The notes: generated by a model from the letters alone, not told the origin. Shown: positions 46,806-63,388, counted from the first letter of the stretch. The stretch: DNA of 64,000 bases from the human T2T-CHM13v2.0 reference genome, Homo sapiens (GCF_009914755.1 NC_060941.1), one strand, 5' to 3'. Numbers and translations are program-made.

Positions 46806-48529
46806 CTGAAAAGGAGACCCCAGCCTTTAAGGGAAGGGCTCAGCAAGATGACACGAGGGATGGCCCCATCCCAGCAGCCCCATGCCCACCAGTCACAAGC
46901 TCAGCGTGAGGCTGGGAAACTCCACCCCCCACCCGAGTCACCACAGACCCTTAACCTCCATCCTCAGCCCACGCTGCCTGGCAGTCTCTCTGCAGAGCTC
47001 TGACCTCCTCAGGGCCCCACTACCCACAGTAGCCATTTCAAACCTTCACAATGCCCACTGCCACCCACTTCACAGAAAATAAAAGCCCCGAGAAATGTAC
47101 GTGTATCCTCACCCAGTGTTGCCTTTTCTTTTTGGTCTCAATAAAAAGTAAGTACCCAAATCTAGAGTGAGGCGGGAGGCCAAACATCCCCCTGAGCTAG
47201 GGCGCCCACCCAGCCCACCCTTCCACTTCTCTGCTGGTCACAGACAGCTGGTCCCCAATCTGGGAAGAGGGGTGGGGGTGGGAACAAAGGCACAAACAGG
47301 ACCAAATCTCCCCGGCTCTGCACCCGTCTCAGAGAGGACAGCGGAGTCAGACGTGGGCTTCGGGGTCAGGAGCCCTGCCCTCATTCATGTCCCCCGCACC
47401 GCTCACTAACTGGGATCTGAGGCACTCTGAGCTCTGGGGCCTCTTCTCACCCGGACCCGGGGCTGCCTGGCGCCTCCCACGCCTACGTATCCATATGGTA
47501 GCTACTCACGCTGGAAGGTTCTGAAACAATACACCACATCCAGTCTCTGCTCCTGGTTCTACTTGCAACCCACTGCATCTGGTCCTGACTCACTGCTCTG
47601 GAACTGCCTTCCTCAGAGTCGCCTAAGGCCTCCAGGCATGAGGCCAGCTGGGTCTGCAGGCCCTTTACTAGGAGGCTGCGCAGTGCGCCGGTGCACCCAC
47701 TCCCTCCAGAAGAGCTTCCCCTCTCCCCAGGCTCTCCAGCCCCGTCTCCCCAGCTGCTTCCCCGACTCCTCACTGGCACAAAGCGGGGCTGTTTCCAGGG
47801 CTCTCTCCACGTTTCCCACGGCCACCCAGACCATTCCACACCCGCAGGCTACACTTCCCCTCCCACAGAACATGCACACCTCAGTCTCTCATCTGGCCTG
47901 TGTGACTATTTACCATGGCACTTCCCAGACTCCGGGAGCTCTGAAATACTTGGGGGACCAATACAGGATCATTCAATTTTTATTCTGCAAAGTTAGAAAA
48001 TGAAAAATCAACTGCCACCATCTACTGTCCCACCATTCTTCAAAAGTGACCTTTTAACTGCAAATACTAGCAAGGACGTAATCTCTGCATGGACTGAGAA
48101 CTGTGGGTAGCTGCGTGTGATGGCGGCTACCAAAATCCAGACCACCCCCACAACCCCTCTGTCATCCAGAAGCCCGCAAGCACCAGCGCCCGCAGGGCCA
48201 CAAGGAATCCCCTCTTGCATAACCCAAAGCAGAGGAAGCACAACTGTCACCTTCCCCAGGAGGAGGAAAGGCAAGCTGAGTGACAGCGAGCTCCCACAGG
48301 CATCCCACTGAGCCTGGGGACAAAGGGCAGTAGAGAACAGCTGGGCAAGAATGGAGGAGGGGGCAGGAGGTGGCCCGAGAGCCACCCGGAATCACAGCTG
48401 CAAAGGGCACCCTGAAGTGAAGTGCTGAATATGGGGTCTCACAGGCACGCAGCTGGAGTAGCAGTCTCCACAGGCATGGGCTCTCAGGGGGAGAAGGCAA
48501 AGAGGCAGGCAGGCAGCCTTAGAAGGGCA

Positions 48530-50180
48530 GTGAAGGGCAAGAGAGGCAAAAGGGGAAACATCAGGGTCCTGAAAAAAACTCAAAACTATCCTAGACTATC
48601 GACCCTTCTGCTGCCAGAGGAAAAGCCAACCATGAAAGTGCACTGCACGGGGCAGACAGAGGAGGCGCTCTGGATACGAATCTTGAAAACCAGCCGACCC
48701 ACAAGATAAATGAAAGCAGGCCCAGTCTATGCAAAGTGCTTCAAGCACAAAGCAGCAATGAACAAGAATCAAAACACCTCATGGGATGCAAACTAGCTCC
48801 AGAAAACAGACATGATGCCAAGGACACAGCCACCAAAACTCCAAGCCGAACGTCCTCAACACAGTGAGAGTGGCCTCATTTCTGGAACTAGAGTGCCACA
48901 CACAGCTGCCCTCCTGGAGGAACTTATGAGAGGCCGGGCTTCACCCAGCCAGGAGCGCACCAGAGGTGCCAACTGGAGGGTGGGCAATGAGCAATGGGAA
49001 GATGTAACCATAACCCAAGGCTGGGCAAGAAAAAGATACCACCTTACAGGTGCCAACAAAAAAAATGAAATCATGCACGCTAAAATGGCAAGAGAGAGAG
49101 GAGAGGAAAAGAGCTAGGAAGTAAAGGGTACCACGGTGGACTGCCAAATCAGACAGTGAGGAGCGAGGAAAACAGGACCAGGTGCATTTCAAAAGGGCGT
49201 ATGAAACCAGCAGGCAGCATGGAGCGTGCCTGCAGTTCCAGTTACTGGGCAGGAGGATTGCTTGAGTCCAGGAGGTGGAGCCTGCCGTGAGCGGAGATCG
49301 CACCACTGCACTCTAGCCTGGGAGACAGAGCAAGGCCCTGTCTCAAAAAGAATGGTTTATGTACAAAGGTAGCCATTAAAACAAAAACACACATCTTCCT
49401 AATATCCAAAGAAATTTGAGAAATAAAGAAAAATCAGAAATAAGCACAGTAAATATGCTACCTATAATTACTATAAAATACATAAATATGACAGAATTGA
49501 GACCAAACTTTTCAGTCATAACAGGAAATGTGAAGGGGCTTAACCTGCCTATTAAAAGATGGTCATTTTGGCTTACAAAACAAGACAGATCTTAAGAACG
49601 CCTCTAAGAAAGGGTTCAGAAAGTGACAGCAAGGGGCCGGCGGAAACCCTGCAAAAGCAGGGGCTGCAGCACTGACACTGGCCATGGCAGAATTCAGAAC
49701 AAAAGCCACTCCACGTGACAAGTGAAGACACTCAGAATGCTAAAAGCAACGATCCTCAATGAAGACATGACAGTTACGAATATCTAACCACAACCACCTG
49801 TATAGAGCAAAACTAGAGGAGATGCAAGGAGACAGGCACCCACCAGAATTCCAGTAATCATGGACTTAACACACTATTCCAAACAGATGAAGGGGACAAG
49901 AGCACATGGATATAGAAAATGAAAACTGCATCATCAGTAGACCCATCCATGGACAGAGGAGCAAACCAACACCCTGGCAGTCTCAGCAGCCACCGCCAAG
50001 CATGCAGGAAACATTCACAAACGCTGGTCACCTATAATCACGGAGAAAACATCAGGAAGTTCCATGAAGTAGAAATATTATCAACACGCTCTGATCATAA
50101 TGCAAGTAACATCAAAAGTCATCTACAGAAGCAAAAGACAAAAAGGCCCCTCCACCTGCAAATTAAATGGAATAATTTGC
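48530..50180 (+). mobile_element. Old L1 (L1M) remnant with decayed ORF2 endonuclease region
   Basis: A-rich plus strand; peptide NHGENIRKFHEVEILSTRSDHNA resembles the L1 EN motif HK.NL.KF..IEI.....SDHN; left boundary approximate. Confidence 0.65.
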
Positions 50181-52045
50181 TTTATGAGAAGCTCACCATT
50201 GGTGTCATTCTTATTTTTTCTCACTCCACATTTCACTACAGACCAGTGAAAGCTCCCTCATGGACCGACATCTGGTGAGCCTTCATCTCTCCCCTGGCAA
50301 TGCCTGGCCACCTGACACCTGGCCTCCCTCCTCTTTCCAGCAATCCTGGTACCAACGAATGGCTCACCACCACCCACCCCAATGCCCAGACCGCAGACCT
50401 GCATTCCTCCCATCTCACAGCCCCAAATCCAAACCGTTATTCATTCTACCTCCCATCCTACTCCTCACGAATTTCTTCCACCGTAGACTCTGGTTAATTG
50501 GACTGACTGAAGCCCAGGGGTCAGTTTCTGTCCTAAGAGCGCTCCAGGTGGCTGCACCCTGTGCCCAGAGCCAGGCCCCCTGCTATAGGCTCGCTGCACT
50601 CCCCCTGCAGGTGCTGGGGACACCGCAACCCTCCTCCTGGGGACACCTACTTGCCTTTGCAGGCCCTCGGGGGTCACTTCTCCCAGGAAGCCGCCTCTGG
50701 GTGAGGTAATATCCCTCTATCACAGCATTGGCCACACCACATTGCAAACGCTGCTGGGGTCCACTGTCTTCACCAATTACACCATGAGCTCCACAGACTC
50801 CAGGACCATGGCTTCTACCTCTCAGTTCCCAGTGCTAGCTATGGGGCCCAGCACACAGGGAACAGCAGTTCAATTACCCAGTTCACTGAAGGGCAGACCT
50901 GGGATCATACAGGGAGCAAGGAAGCTTGAGCCCCTTCAGGAGAAGGGGAAGAACGCGTGACCAAACCCTCAAAACAGACAAAAAGGAATGCATCCTAGGA
51001 GTGCAGTGAAAGTTGCCTTCATATAAGTGATTTAAGTAAGTTTTCTTAAGCCAGGAATGGTGGCTCATGCCTGTAATCCCAGCACTAAGAGGCCAAGGCA
51101 GGCAGATCACTTGAGGCCAGGAGTTGGAGACCAGCCTGGCCAACATGGCAAAACTCTGTCTCTACTAATAATACAAAAATTAGCCAGGCACGGTGGTAAT
51201 CCCAGCTACTGCACTCCAGCCTGGGCGACAGAGCAAGACTCCTGTCTCAAAAGCAGTTTTCTTTCTGTAAGTCTTATTTACGTAAGAATATCATCCACTG
51301 AGGCCAGTAGTTTTGCCATTTCAATCACTTATTGCCACAACTCAACTTCTCTAAAGAACATTCTAGGTATATTCCCTAAACTATTTAAAGTATTTCTACG
51401 ATCCTAAGCTGAGGCAATACAAGGAAGTCCTAAGCATTTCCTGCCTGTTTTCTTTGGTCTGAACCTATGAACTCAGGAATGACACAAAGACAATTTGTGA
51501 TGGCAACCATCACATATAAGGGCTTACGTGGCGTGTGAATAAGAAACAGCAGCCAGGCACAGTCAGATCCTAAAGTTATAAACCTCCTCATGTTAAAGCT
51601 CCCTGTTTGTACATATACATGTACATATAAATTATACTGCAGAGACCTCATTCCTACCACCCCAACCTCTTTTCAAAAACGACATGATTTTTAAGAGACT
51701 GAAAAAGTCCATGGTAAGAACTGAATGCCCCTAAGAAGGTCTGCTAACATATTTCCCCCTGACTGAGCTGCTCAGACACAGCTGCCGCCACCACAGCCAC
51801 CCGATCCTACCAAGCCGCCCCGGACCAGCAGGACGTCTCCGGAGACAGCCCTTTCCCAGGAAGCAAGGGCAATCCCCTATTTGGGCTCCAACAGTTTGAG
51901 TACCCAGAGGCAAATTCTGCCACGTCTACCCAAGGGCAGCCTGGGTAGAAAGGTGCCGGGCTGGCTGTTGCCATAGGAATGTTCTGCTGCCACCATGTAG
52001 AAAAGGTGTCCAAAGCCCTGGGAGGGTGGGTGGGGAAGCACGCAC

Positions 52046-52148
52046 TTGGCACAGCCATTCAGGCAGGCTTTCTGCATGGCGTCGATGGTGTACCGCAGGA
52101 ACTCATGCGCGTCCTCCTGGTTCCCAAAGCGGAAGTGTCGGGCGATCT
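52046..52148 (-). CDS. USP36: USP36 exon 6 ([18 protein letters not shown]...)
   Basis: 103 nt; USP QEDAHEF motif; ttttag| ... AA|GTGCGT. Confidence 0.97.
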
Positions 52149-53697
52149 CTAAAAGAGGAAGAAACAGGGAGGGAAGAGCTCGTGTCTTCTCATCAAACGG
52201 CCTGCGGCTGCTTTCCTGAATGGCCATTCCTGGCTGTTATAAGGGGAAAATACTGCAACTTTTCAAAGGAACAAGTGAGGAAAACAAGAGCTCTACATGG
52301 ATTTTCTATATCCCAATCACAATTCATCATGGCCACCACTTTCTCAATAAGATTGCAGGCTTGAGCATTCACTACTGCACAGACAAGGAAGAACACCAAG
52401 CCCTCAAAAATGTAAAATGCCGGCTGGGTGAGGTGGCTCACACCTGTCACTCTAACACTTCAGGAGGCCTGGGTGGGAGGATCACTTGAGCCCAGGAGTT
52501 CGAGGGCAGCCTGGGTAACATAGGGAGACTTCATCTCTACCAAAATAAAAAATAAAAAAATTAGCCAGGCATGATGGCATGTGCCTGTAGTCCCAGCTAC
52601 TTAGGTGGCTGAGGCAGGAGGATGGGTTGAGCCTAGGAGGTTGAGGCTGCAGTGAGCTATGATCTCACCACTGCAATCTCCAGCCTGGGCAATAGAGCAA
52701 GACTCTATCTCAGAAAGAAAAAGAATAAAGAATGTAAAATCCGGCAGGATGCAATGGCTTATGCCTGTAATCCCAACACTTTGGAAGGCCAAGGCAGGAG
52801 GATCGCTTGGAGCTGGGAGTTGGAGACCAGCCTGGGCAACATGGCCAGACCCCATCTCTACAAACAATACAAAAACAGTCAAGTGTGGTGCGCCTGTAAT
52901 CCCAGCTACTCAGAAGGCCAAGGCCGACTGCTTGAGTCCAAGAGTTTGAGGCTGCAGCGAGCTGTGATTGCACCACTGTCCTCCAGCCTAGGTATAAGAG
53001 CAAAACCCTGTCTCAAACAAAAAGAATGTAAAATCCATTGAATATCTCTCCAAAAGCCAATATAAAACACAGGTGAGTAAGTATTTCACAGTGCTACAAT
53101 TTACACAGATTTCAAAAACCGGTAATAGGCCTCTTCTTTCTGCCAAGTGAATGTGAATGAGACTTTTTTATAGCATAGGCAACTGATTCCTGATATTCAG
53201 AATGGAATTGGTACATTCCTCATCCATCCCTCCTCCCAGCTCTCCCTCAGGCCCACCTGCCTGCCCCAAATACACAATAACTCCTCCACCTGCCCAAAGG
53301 AAAAGCTACCTGTCCTGACCTGCCCCCACTAAGAGGCTTCCCCACTGACCCCAGCCCACATGTCTCTAAACTGCTATTCCTTGAGTCTGCACCACCACAT
53401 GCAGGGCTGTTAGCACAGAGGGATTCCCAAGACTTCATCCATGACTCACTCTTCTCTCCCTTCTACCAACTCCCCAGCACCTCCTACAGGGCGAGCACTT
53501 AGCAGGCCTTCAGTAACAGATGGAGAATGGCACAGTGGCTCGTGTCTGTAATCCCAACACTTTGGCAGGCCAAAACGGAAGGACTGCTTAAGGCCAGGAA
53601 TTTAAGACCAGCCTGGGCAACATAGCGAGAACCCCATCTCTACAAAAAATTAAAAAATAAATAAATCACAAAAATTTTAACATGGATTGATGCTTAC

Positions 53698-53808
53698 TTT
53701 TCAGGTCTCGGATGAAGGAGACGGGCTTGATGGCGTTGCCGCTGTTGGCGAAGGCCTGGACAATGTGGTTCTGCATGACACACAGCATGCAGAAGCTTCC
53801 CTGGTGGC
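53698..53808 (-). CDS. USP36: USP36 exon 5 (CHQGSFCMLC...FIRDLK)
   Basis: 111 nt; ggcag| ... A|GTAAGC; frame continuous with neighbouring exons. Confidence 0.96.
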
Positions 53809-54329
53809 CTGCCGGCGTGGAAGGAGGAGCAATTTTAAGACAAGAGCTTTCAAAGAACTCACGGTGAGGCCCCCACCCCAAACGTTAACACAGCCAGAAA
53901 CACAAGCAGGTAAGAGCAAACCAGGCTGTGAGAGAACGGCTGAGCCAGAGATCCCAGACCTCTGCTGACTGGGTGACCACCAAGGAAATGTTATTCTCTG
54001 CTGGATGGCGTTTGGAAGCTATGATCCATCCAAAGCTGAAACTCTCACCATCACAACCTCACACCATCACCCCACATTAATGCTGACCTGTGCATGATCC
54101 TTTTCAGATTTCACTAGTATTATTTACTTATAAAAAGACTAAGGCAGATTTTCAAAATGAAGCTTAAACGATGTATTCTCGAATTTCTAAGCTGCATCAC
54201 ATGGTAAATAGGCTAAAATATTTTAGGGCTGACAGCCCCTTAGTAGTGCCTCAGATATGGGACCGTCTGTTCCACTGGTTCTAGTAAACACCTCGCTAGG
54301 ATACATCTGGGGTTGAAAATGTTTTCTGG

Positions 54330-54508
54330 GAAGATCCAGATAGCAAATCCTTTCCTATCTGAGGGCTATACAGTCTAGTCACAACTATGCTCCTGTATTG
54401 TAGAGGAGGCAGCCATAGACAATATATGAACAATGGGGTATGAACGTGTTCAATAAAACTTTATTTACACACACAGAGAGCAGGCCAGATGAGTCTGCCC
54501 ACCCCTGC
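54330..54508. mobile_element. MER58A-like hAT-Charlie element
   Basis: GCAGCCATAGACAATAT...AATAAAACTTTATTTAC...GGCCAGAT...CCCCTG. Confidence 0.75.
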
Positions 54509-54517
54509 GCTACATAA

Positions 54518-54820
<303 letters not shown>

Positions 54821-55764
54821 TGAGCCATCGAGCCCAGCCCCGACAGTGGTACATTTTTACCTTTCAAATTATGATGTAAATAAACACTGCTGTGATCGCC
54901 GAACTCCCCTCAATCTCTCTCAACCCCATTTTCCATGTACCTTCATTCAAAGTCACCACTATCCTGAATTAGGCAATTATCGTTCTCATTCATGTATTAT
55001 CACACACATGTGTATCCATGAACAATAAATGGCACTGTAGCTACATGTTTCCAAACTTCCTTTCTATAAATCGTATCATGCAGTTACGTATCATTCAGCA
55101 ATGGCTTTACAAAAATCCATGTTGCTAGACATAGCTCCAGTTCCTTCAAATCTTCCAGCTAGAATATTTCACTGAATGAAGAGACCACTGTTATTTATGT
55201 ATCCACCACTAACACACATTTAGCCTTTCCATTTTCTCTGCTATCATAGACATTTTGCAATGAACAATCCTGCACCTGTCTCCTTGAGCACATGGGTCAG
55301 TTTCTCTAAAGTACACGCTCAGAAGACAAATTTCTGGACCAAAGGGCAAGCACGCCTTCAAATCTGCTAGATACTGTTGTCTACTACACAGTGCATTACC
55401 TATTATCTATTATCAAATAGATCCATCTCATAACACAAAACTCAACCCAAATCATTTCCCCGCAATATCTCCAACTCCTTAGACTTCAAAATCAATAATG
55501 CAACAGCATGCAGCCTGCTTAGCAAATAGACATTAAAATGCTATTATTTACACAAAATTCTTCTTGAAGAGATGTAAAAAACTCTCCATGAGATTGCCTT
55601 TACATAAAGGGGAGGTTTTTTTCATTTTAGACTTCTGCTTGCCTTTTCTAACTATATCCATGTTATTACTTTTATTTTTAAAATGACAATAATGATTGGT
55701 GAACTCAAAATTAGGCAAAAATTATGTCATTTAAAAGAAAATACAGGCCAGATGCAGTGGCTCA

Positions 55765-56200
<436 letters not shown>

Positions 56201-57787
56201 TCAAGAGTTCAAGACCAGCCTGGCCACTTGGTGAGACCCCCATCTCTACTAAAAATACAAACATTAGCCGTGTGTGGTGGCAGTCACCTGTAATCCCAGC
56301 TACTTGGGAGGATGAGGGAAGAGAATCGCTTGAACCTGGGAGGTGGGGGTTGCAGTGAGCCGAGACTGTGGCAACTGCACTCCAGCATAAGCAACAGAGA
56401 CTCTGTCTCAAAAAACTGTGTAGAAATTAAGCCTCTAATCATTATATATAAAACGCTGCTGGTTGGGCATGGTGGCTCACACCTATAATCCGAACATTTT
56501 GGGAGGCTGACGCAGGAGGATCGCTGAGCCCAGGTGTTTGAGACCAGCCTGGGCAACACTGCCTAACCAAATCTCTACCCAAAGAATACAAAAAAAAAAT
56601 TAGCTGGGCATGGTGCTATGAGTCTATAGTGCCAGCTACTTGGGAGGCTAAGGTGGGAGGATTGCTTGGGAGGTGGAGGTTGCAGTCAGCTATGATTACA
56701 CCACTGGACTCCAGCCTGCGTGACAGAGTGAGAGCTTGTCTCAAAAAAAAAAAAAAAAAAAAGCTTCTTTCAGCCTAATAAAATATCACTCTTAACAGGG
56801 TAAATAACAATCTAAGCCAGGTTCTCCAGCAATATATGAGATTAATTTAAGTGGCACATGGACAAATATTTATTCATGTAATTTAGGAAAATATAACTCA
56901 AAAGTCAATCCATGACTACACGGACATAGAGAGATTTGGGAAACAAAAGGACAGGACTGAACTGCGTTCCTCCTAGACTATTTACACAGTGTTTCTCTTC
57001 TAGCTAAATATTAGCGCCAGAGACAGTCCAGCCTACGGCAGGAGCTGCTGCTCCGTGCCACGTGCACAGTGGACCCTCGTCAGAACAAACACCCCTTAGG
57101 ATCCTCAACTCTTCAAATGCCATGTGCTAGGAGGGGGAGACCACAGCCAAAGCCCACTTAGGGGTCACTCAGGATCCAGTGGGGTGCAGGAAAAAAAGGC
57201 CACAACGTCTCTTCATATGTTCCAAGATAGTAAGATGCACTAATATTTCACAGTGATACTGGCCCATGGGACCGGTATTGGAAGGAAGACCAGGCGTTCC
57301 CCTTGAAGGGATGGCCATGGCTGCCTTACTCACACGCTTGCTGCTGACATGCTGCAACAAACTGCAGCTTACCTGTGCCAGGTTACGGGGATTTACAGAT
57401 ATTATCTAGTTTTAACTAAATTAATCCTCACAAAGTTGGCAACTGGCTCAAAAAGATCCTGCAGAGAAACCAAGAATGGAAGGCAGCTCTACAGTGGAAG
57501 AGCCCTGACAGGCCTGGGATAGCAGAGTCTTACTGCCAAAACCATGAGACGAAAACAACAGCCATCTAGTCAAATCTTACTGAAAGTCCACCCAGAACCA
57601 CCTCAAAATTACCAAGGTCACCACTGGAAATAGGGGCTACAATTAGCCATCTCAACAATGTGCTTCTGCAGGGCACGGTGGCTCATGCCTGTAATCTCAG
57701 CACTTTCGGAGGCAGAGGCAGGCAGATCACCTGAGGTCGAGAGTTCAAGACCAGCCTGGTCAACATGGTGAAACTTCGTCTCTACTA

Positions 57788-58364
<577 letters not shown>

Positions 58365-58805
58365 TAGACCAGGGACATTCTCAAAAACTCACAGTTACTA
58401 AGGGGCAAACTGGGAAGCAAACCCTACAGGCCAGGCTCCTGAGCTGTGTTTTCAACTGCTCTGCTCCCTCCAGAATTCTACTTAGAGATTTTCTGCGATG
58501 AAAACATCCTGCATTCCTAGGATAAACATAAGTTGCTTACAGTTTTTTAGAAACTGTGTCATTTGGTAGTATTTTCCTACAATTTTTATATCTATGTTCG
58601 TGAAGAAGTTGTGGTTATCCATTTTCTTTCTCGCATTTTCCTTATTATTGTTATCCGAGTTATAGGAACTTTATAGAATGAGCTGGGAAAGATTCTCTCC
58701 TCCTCTATTCTTTGGAAGAACGTGTAAAGGATTGGAATTGTTTCTTAAAAGTTACATAGAAATTGGCTGGGCACAGTGGTTCACACCTGTAATCCCAGCA
58801 CTTTA

Positions 58806-59105
<300 letters not shown>

Positions 59106-60081
59106 TTAACCAATGCTTTAATTTCTTTAATAGTTAAAAGACTCTTCACTTTCTATTTCTTTCAGTTTTGGTAAGTTATATCTTATTTCACCTCTATTTT
59201 AATCAAATAGAGCACACCACCACATCCAGCTAATTGTTTCGATTTGTTTTTTGTGTGTGTGAGATGGAGTCTTGCTCTGTCACCCAGGCTGGAGTGCAGC
59301 GGCATGATCTTGGTCAGCTCACTGCAACCTCCACCTTCTGGGTTCAAGCAATTCTCCTGCTTCAGCCTCCCGAGCAGCTGGGATTACAGGTGCACCCCAT
59401 CACGCCTAATTTTTATATTTTTAGTAGAAACCGGGTTTCGCCATGTTGGCCAGGCTGGTCTCCAACTCCTGACCTCAAGTGATCTGCCCACCTCTGCCTC
59501 CCACAGGTGTGAGCCACCGTGCCCGGCCTTGATTTGTTTTTGTAGAGATGGGATCTTGCTGTGTTGTCCAGGCTGCACGTTTTATAATACACATAAGATA
59601 TGCTGATACAACAACAGATGCATAAAACAATTGGGCTAGGCATGGTGGCTCACACTTATAATCCCAGCACTTTGGGAGGCTGAGATGGGAGGATCATGTG
59701 AGCCCAGGAGTTCAAGACTACAACGAGTTGTGATGGAGCCACTGCATTCCAGCCTGGGTGTCAGAGCAAGATACTGTCTCTAAAAAAATAATATTTGTAT
59801 ATATATATATATATATATATTTTGGAAGTATCTTTTGAAAACGTTTCTGTCTGGGTAATTATTTACAGAAAAGCTTGGCGAACACAGCCCCACCTGACCG
59901 ATTCACCTTCATGGCCCATTCTGCAGCAGGCATGATTCAAATTTAGGTTTCATCAGTTACTATACATTATGAACTACCCTCCTAAATTTGACCCAGACTG
60001 AGAGCAGCAGTGCCACAAGTGCATGGGCTTATCTAATCCAGAGGACCCACAGCCACCCCACTGCTGCAAACCCACACTCAC

Positions 60082-60303
60082 AGCTGCGAGCATGCTCCTT
60101 GGAGAGCAGGTAGTTGGCTAGAGGTGGTGTGTAGGTCAAGCACTGGATGGTGGCATTGAGAAAGCAGGTGTTGCCAAGGTTGTGGAGTCCTGCGCCCACG
60201 CGGAAGACCCGCTCCCACCTCAGAGACAGTCGCTCCGTGGGGAAAAGCACTTTCTGCGGGGCTGGGACTCCGTCACCACAGCTCTCATACGTGTGCTCAC
60301 TGC
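60082..60303 (-). CDS. USP36: USP36 exon 4, USP Cys-box [12 protein letters not shown] (catalytic Cys131 codon at 60164-60166)
   Basis: 222 nt; tcctcag| ... T|GTGAGT; canonical USP Cys-box motif. Confidence 0.97.
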
Positions 60304-60912
60304 CTGAGGAAGAAAGGGACAAGGGAAGAAAAGAGGAAGACGTAAGTCCACACACAGGTCGTCCACAAAAAGAAACTCCTGAAGCATACACTTAGCATGC
60401 AGTGACTCGGAACATGGCACCAGAGAAGAACTGGTGTTCTGGTTTACAGGACATTCCTGGAAAGCTCAGGAGTAAACCCAGCCATCCCACGGACCTCCTA
60501 GGCTGCTTGGCTAAAGAATTCAAGGGCCCCTCTATAGATGGAGGACACAGCTCAGAGACTGAGTGGCGGAAGGAGCCAGGCCTGGCACTCTGCACCACAC
60601 TGTGCCCACATGCAGCCCACCCCATTTCTCTTTCTTAGTTCCAAGCCTGACTTTCGACTGTATTATACTTGGGATAGGGGGACAGCAAGTCCAAGGACCC
60701 ACCAAGTACACAGATCCACCAAGCACACAGATTTCCTTGCTACCAACCCTGTATCATTACTTCTATAACTGAAATCCACTGACCCCATGTAAAAATTCAT
60801 AACTCTTTGACCACATTCTCTTGTTTTTCCTACTAATTAGTCAATATTTAAGTCCATCCACTTCGTCACCCCGGAGTGAGGGCCTCTCTGCCAGCACACT
60901 GCACATCTGTAC

Positions 60913-61165
60913 CCTGTCTCCTGGCCGGTGGGTCATCTCCACTCTTGTGGCGACTAGCTCCCTCTGTTTTGGGGTTGAGCAACACATATTTGCTCTTTAA
61001 GGCCTCCAGCTGGTAGGAGAAGCTCTTGCTGGCTGGCTCGAACTCGATTTTCTGTAAAAGGACCTTCTTGGCAGAGGAGGCAAGAAGCTTCCCCAGTTCT
61101 CCATCATCAGCCGAGTCCTTGCGGCCGGGTTTCAGGGCCTCCTTCAACTTATCCACTATTGGCAT
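60913..61165 (-). CDS. USP36: USP36 exon 3, first coding exon (MPIVDKLKEA...PARRQG); exon starts at 61174 with 9 nt of UTR
   Basis: Matches the USP36 N-terminus; acceptor ccccacag at 61175; donor G|GTACAG; 253 coding nt. Confidence 0.97.
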
Positions 61166-61589
61166 GGTGCATCACTGTGGGGACAAGAAGAAACATAGAG
61201 CCATAGATAACGAAATCCCGGGACAAAAACATCTCTTAAGATCTCCTCTTTGGTCATTATGGATGCTAGCCACCACAAAAGCTCCCCTGGATCAGTGATC
61301 CCCTGGATCAGCTGCACAAAGGAAACAGGGAGACCCAGCACTAATCACTTGGACATATTAGTTCACATTTCCCCCACAAAAAGATAAGATGCCACTACAA
61401 ATAGAGGTGAGCAGACAACAGTGGCCCTGAGGCAGCCAGACAGCCCCTGCCATGTGCATCTCTTCATCAGATACTCATCAAGTGGCTCTGGACATCATTC
61501 TTGGTGCCATTTCCTTCCAAAGGTCATCACGTGGTCCAAATGTCTGCTCCAAAACAGGGGCACACTAATTCTCACATACAAACTGGTTA

Positions 61590-61643
61590 TACACACACGG
61601 ACACACACACACACACACACAAACGGACACACACACACACACC
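61590..61643. repeat. Interrupted (CA)n microsatellite
   Basis: Direct reading. Confidence 0.9.
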
Positions 61644-61696
61644 CACGCAATAAATGAATTAGCATGCAGGTCAGATGAGCATGCATGTCTGTACAG

Positions 61697-62012
61697 ACCT
61701 GCACTCTTCAATATGAAGGCCACAGGCCACACGTGGCTACTGAGCATGTGAAATGAGGCTAGTCCAGGTTGAGAGGTGCTATAAGTGTAAAATGCACACC
61801 AGATTTTGAAGAGAAATACTCACTAGTATAAGAAGAGAATGTAAAACATCCCAGTAATTTTTAGATCAGTTACCTGTTGAAATGGTAATATTTTATATAT
61901 ATTGAGTTAAATAAATTATGAAAATGAATTTCACCTGCTTCTTTTTAATGTGGCTACTATAAAATTTTAAATTATATTTGTGGCTTGTATTAATCTCCAT
62001 TACACAGTGCTT
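61697..62012. mobile_element. MER33/MER3-like hAT-Charlie element
   Basis: GCCACACGTGGCTACTGAGCATGTGAAAT...AAGTGTAAAATGCACACCAGATTTTGAAGA...AATGTGGCTACT. Confidence 0.75.
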
Positions 62013-63388
62013 GGAGTACAAATTATCTTTTTAAAAGTGAGGAAGGAGAAGAAAAGCAAGTAGCAGGCCTAGAGACTAGTATCCATTAGACACCTAAACT
62101 TAAACAAATGTCTTCCCAGGACTCTTATCAAAAGAGAAGAAGAAAAGCCAAGCAGGAGAGTGGGGAGATCACAGGCTTTGGAATGTGGTGGCCCCGGGAG
62201 GTTCTATCATCCTTAGCTATGAAACCCAGGGACAACTACTATGACTTCTCCAAACCCCCTATTCTACTGTAAAATAGCAACAAAAATAATAGGCTTGGGA
62301 AGTGCTTTAGAGCTTGCTACATACTACAGTCCCTAACAGAGGATCGATACTGTTGGTGCAGCTGCATGGAAACTGTAACCAAGAAGAGACCCCTGCACCT
62401 CTCCAATCGCTACCTTTGTATCCACCACTTGCCCTCCCCTACCCACCACCTCTCAACTTAACCTTCCCAAACACAGCACAGACTATCTGAGTCACAATTT
62501 CAAAAATATGTCCCTTAAATTGCTCACTCACATCAGAAAAATGATGACTTCCTCTGGTATTCAGTACCCAGCCTGCCCTCAGAGAATCAACAAGTCAAGT
62601 GTGCCCCAAAATTCTGCTCTAGTGAAAGTAAGGACTTCCTCCAGCACCTCATATTAAGCCATTCAAATTTATCACTGTGGATCATCTAATTCTATACATG
62701 GATCAAGTATCTTTTTCTACAAAAACTTCTGTAAAGAAAAGCCAGGTGCAGTGGCCTGGGCCTGTCGTCCCAGATGCTTGGGAGGCTGAGGTGGGAGGAT
62801 AACTTGAGGGCAGGAGCCTGAGGCTGCAGTGAGCTATGATTACGCCTGTGAATAGCCAGTGCAGTCCAGCCTGGGCAACATCGTGAGACCCCATCTTTAA
62901 AACAAAAAAAATCGTGGCTCACGCCTGTAATCCCAGCACTTGGGAGGCCGAGACGGGTGGATCAGGAGGTCAGGAATTCAAGACCAGCCTGGCGAAGATG
63001 TTTCTCTACTAAAAATACAAAAAAACTAGCCAGGCATGGTGGCAGGCGCCTGTAATCCCAGCTACGCAGGAGGCTGAGGCAGAGAATTGCTTGAACACGG
63101 GAGGCAGAGGTTGGAGTGAGCCGAGATCGCGCCACTGCACTCCAGCCTGGGCAACAGAGCAAGACTTGGTCTCAAAAAAAAAAAAAAACAAAAAACAAAA
63201 AACTTCTGTAAAGAAATTTCAGAAGCTTATTTAAAAAAAAGCATTATAAGTTGTCTGATTTGAGAAAATAAAAGAGCCTTTTCTCATGAGAATTATCAAA
63301 GACTTCTCACCAACTGAACAATCACTGCTGCGTCACATGCAGACAATTCAACGGAATCAAAAAATACACAGAAGCCTCGCAGACTCAC

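Noticed and set aside
49919-50278. 119-aa ORF with an SDHN motif
   Set aside because: Decayed L1 ORF2 endonuclease fragment, not an intact gene.
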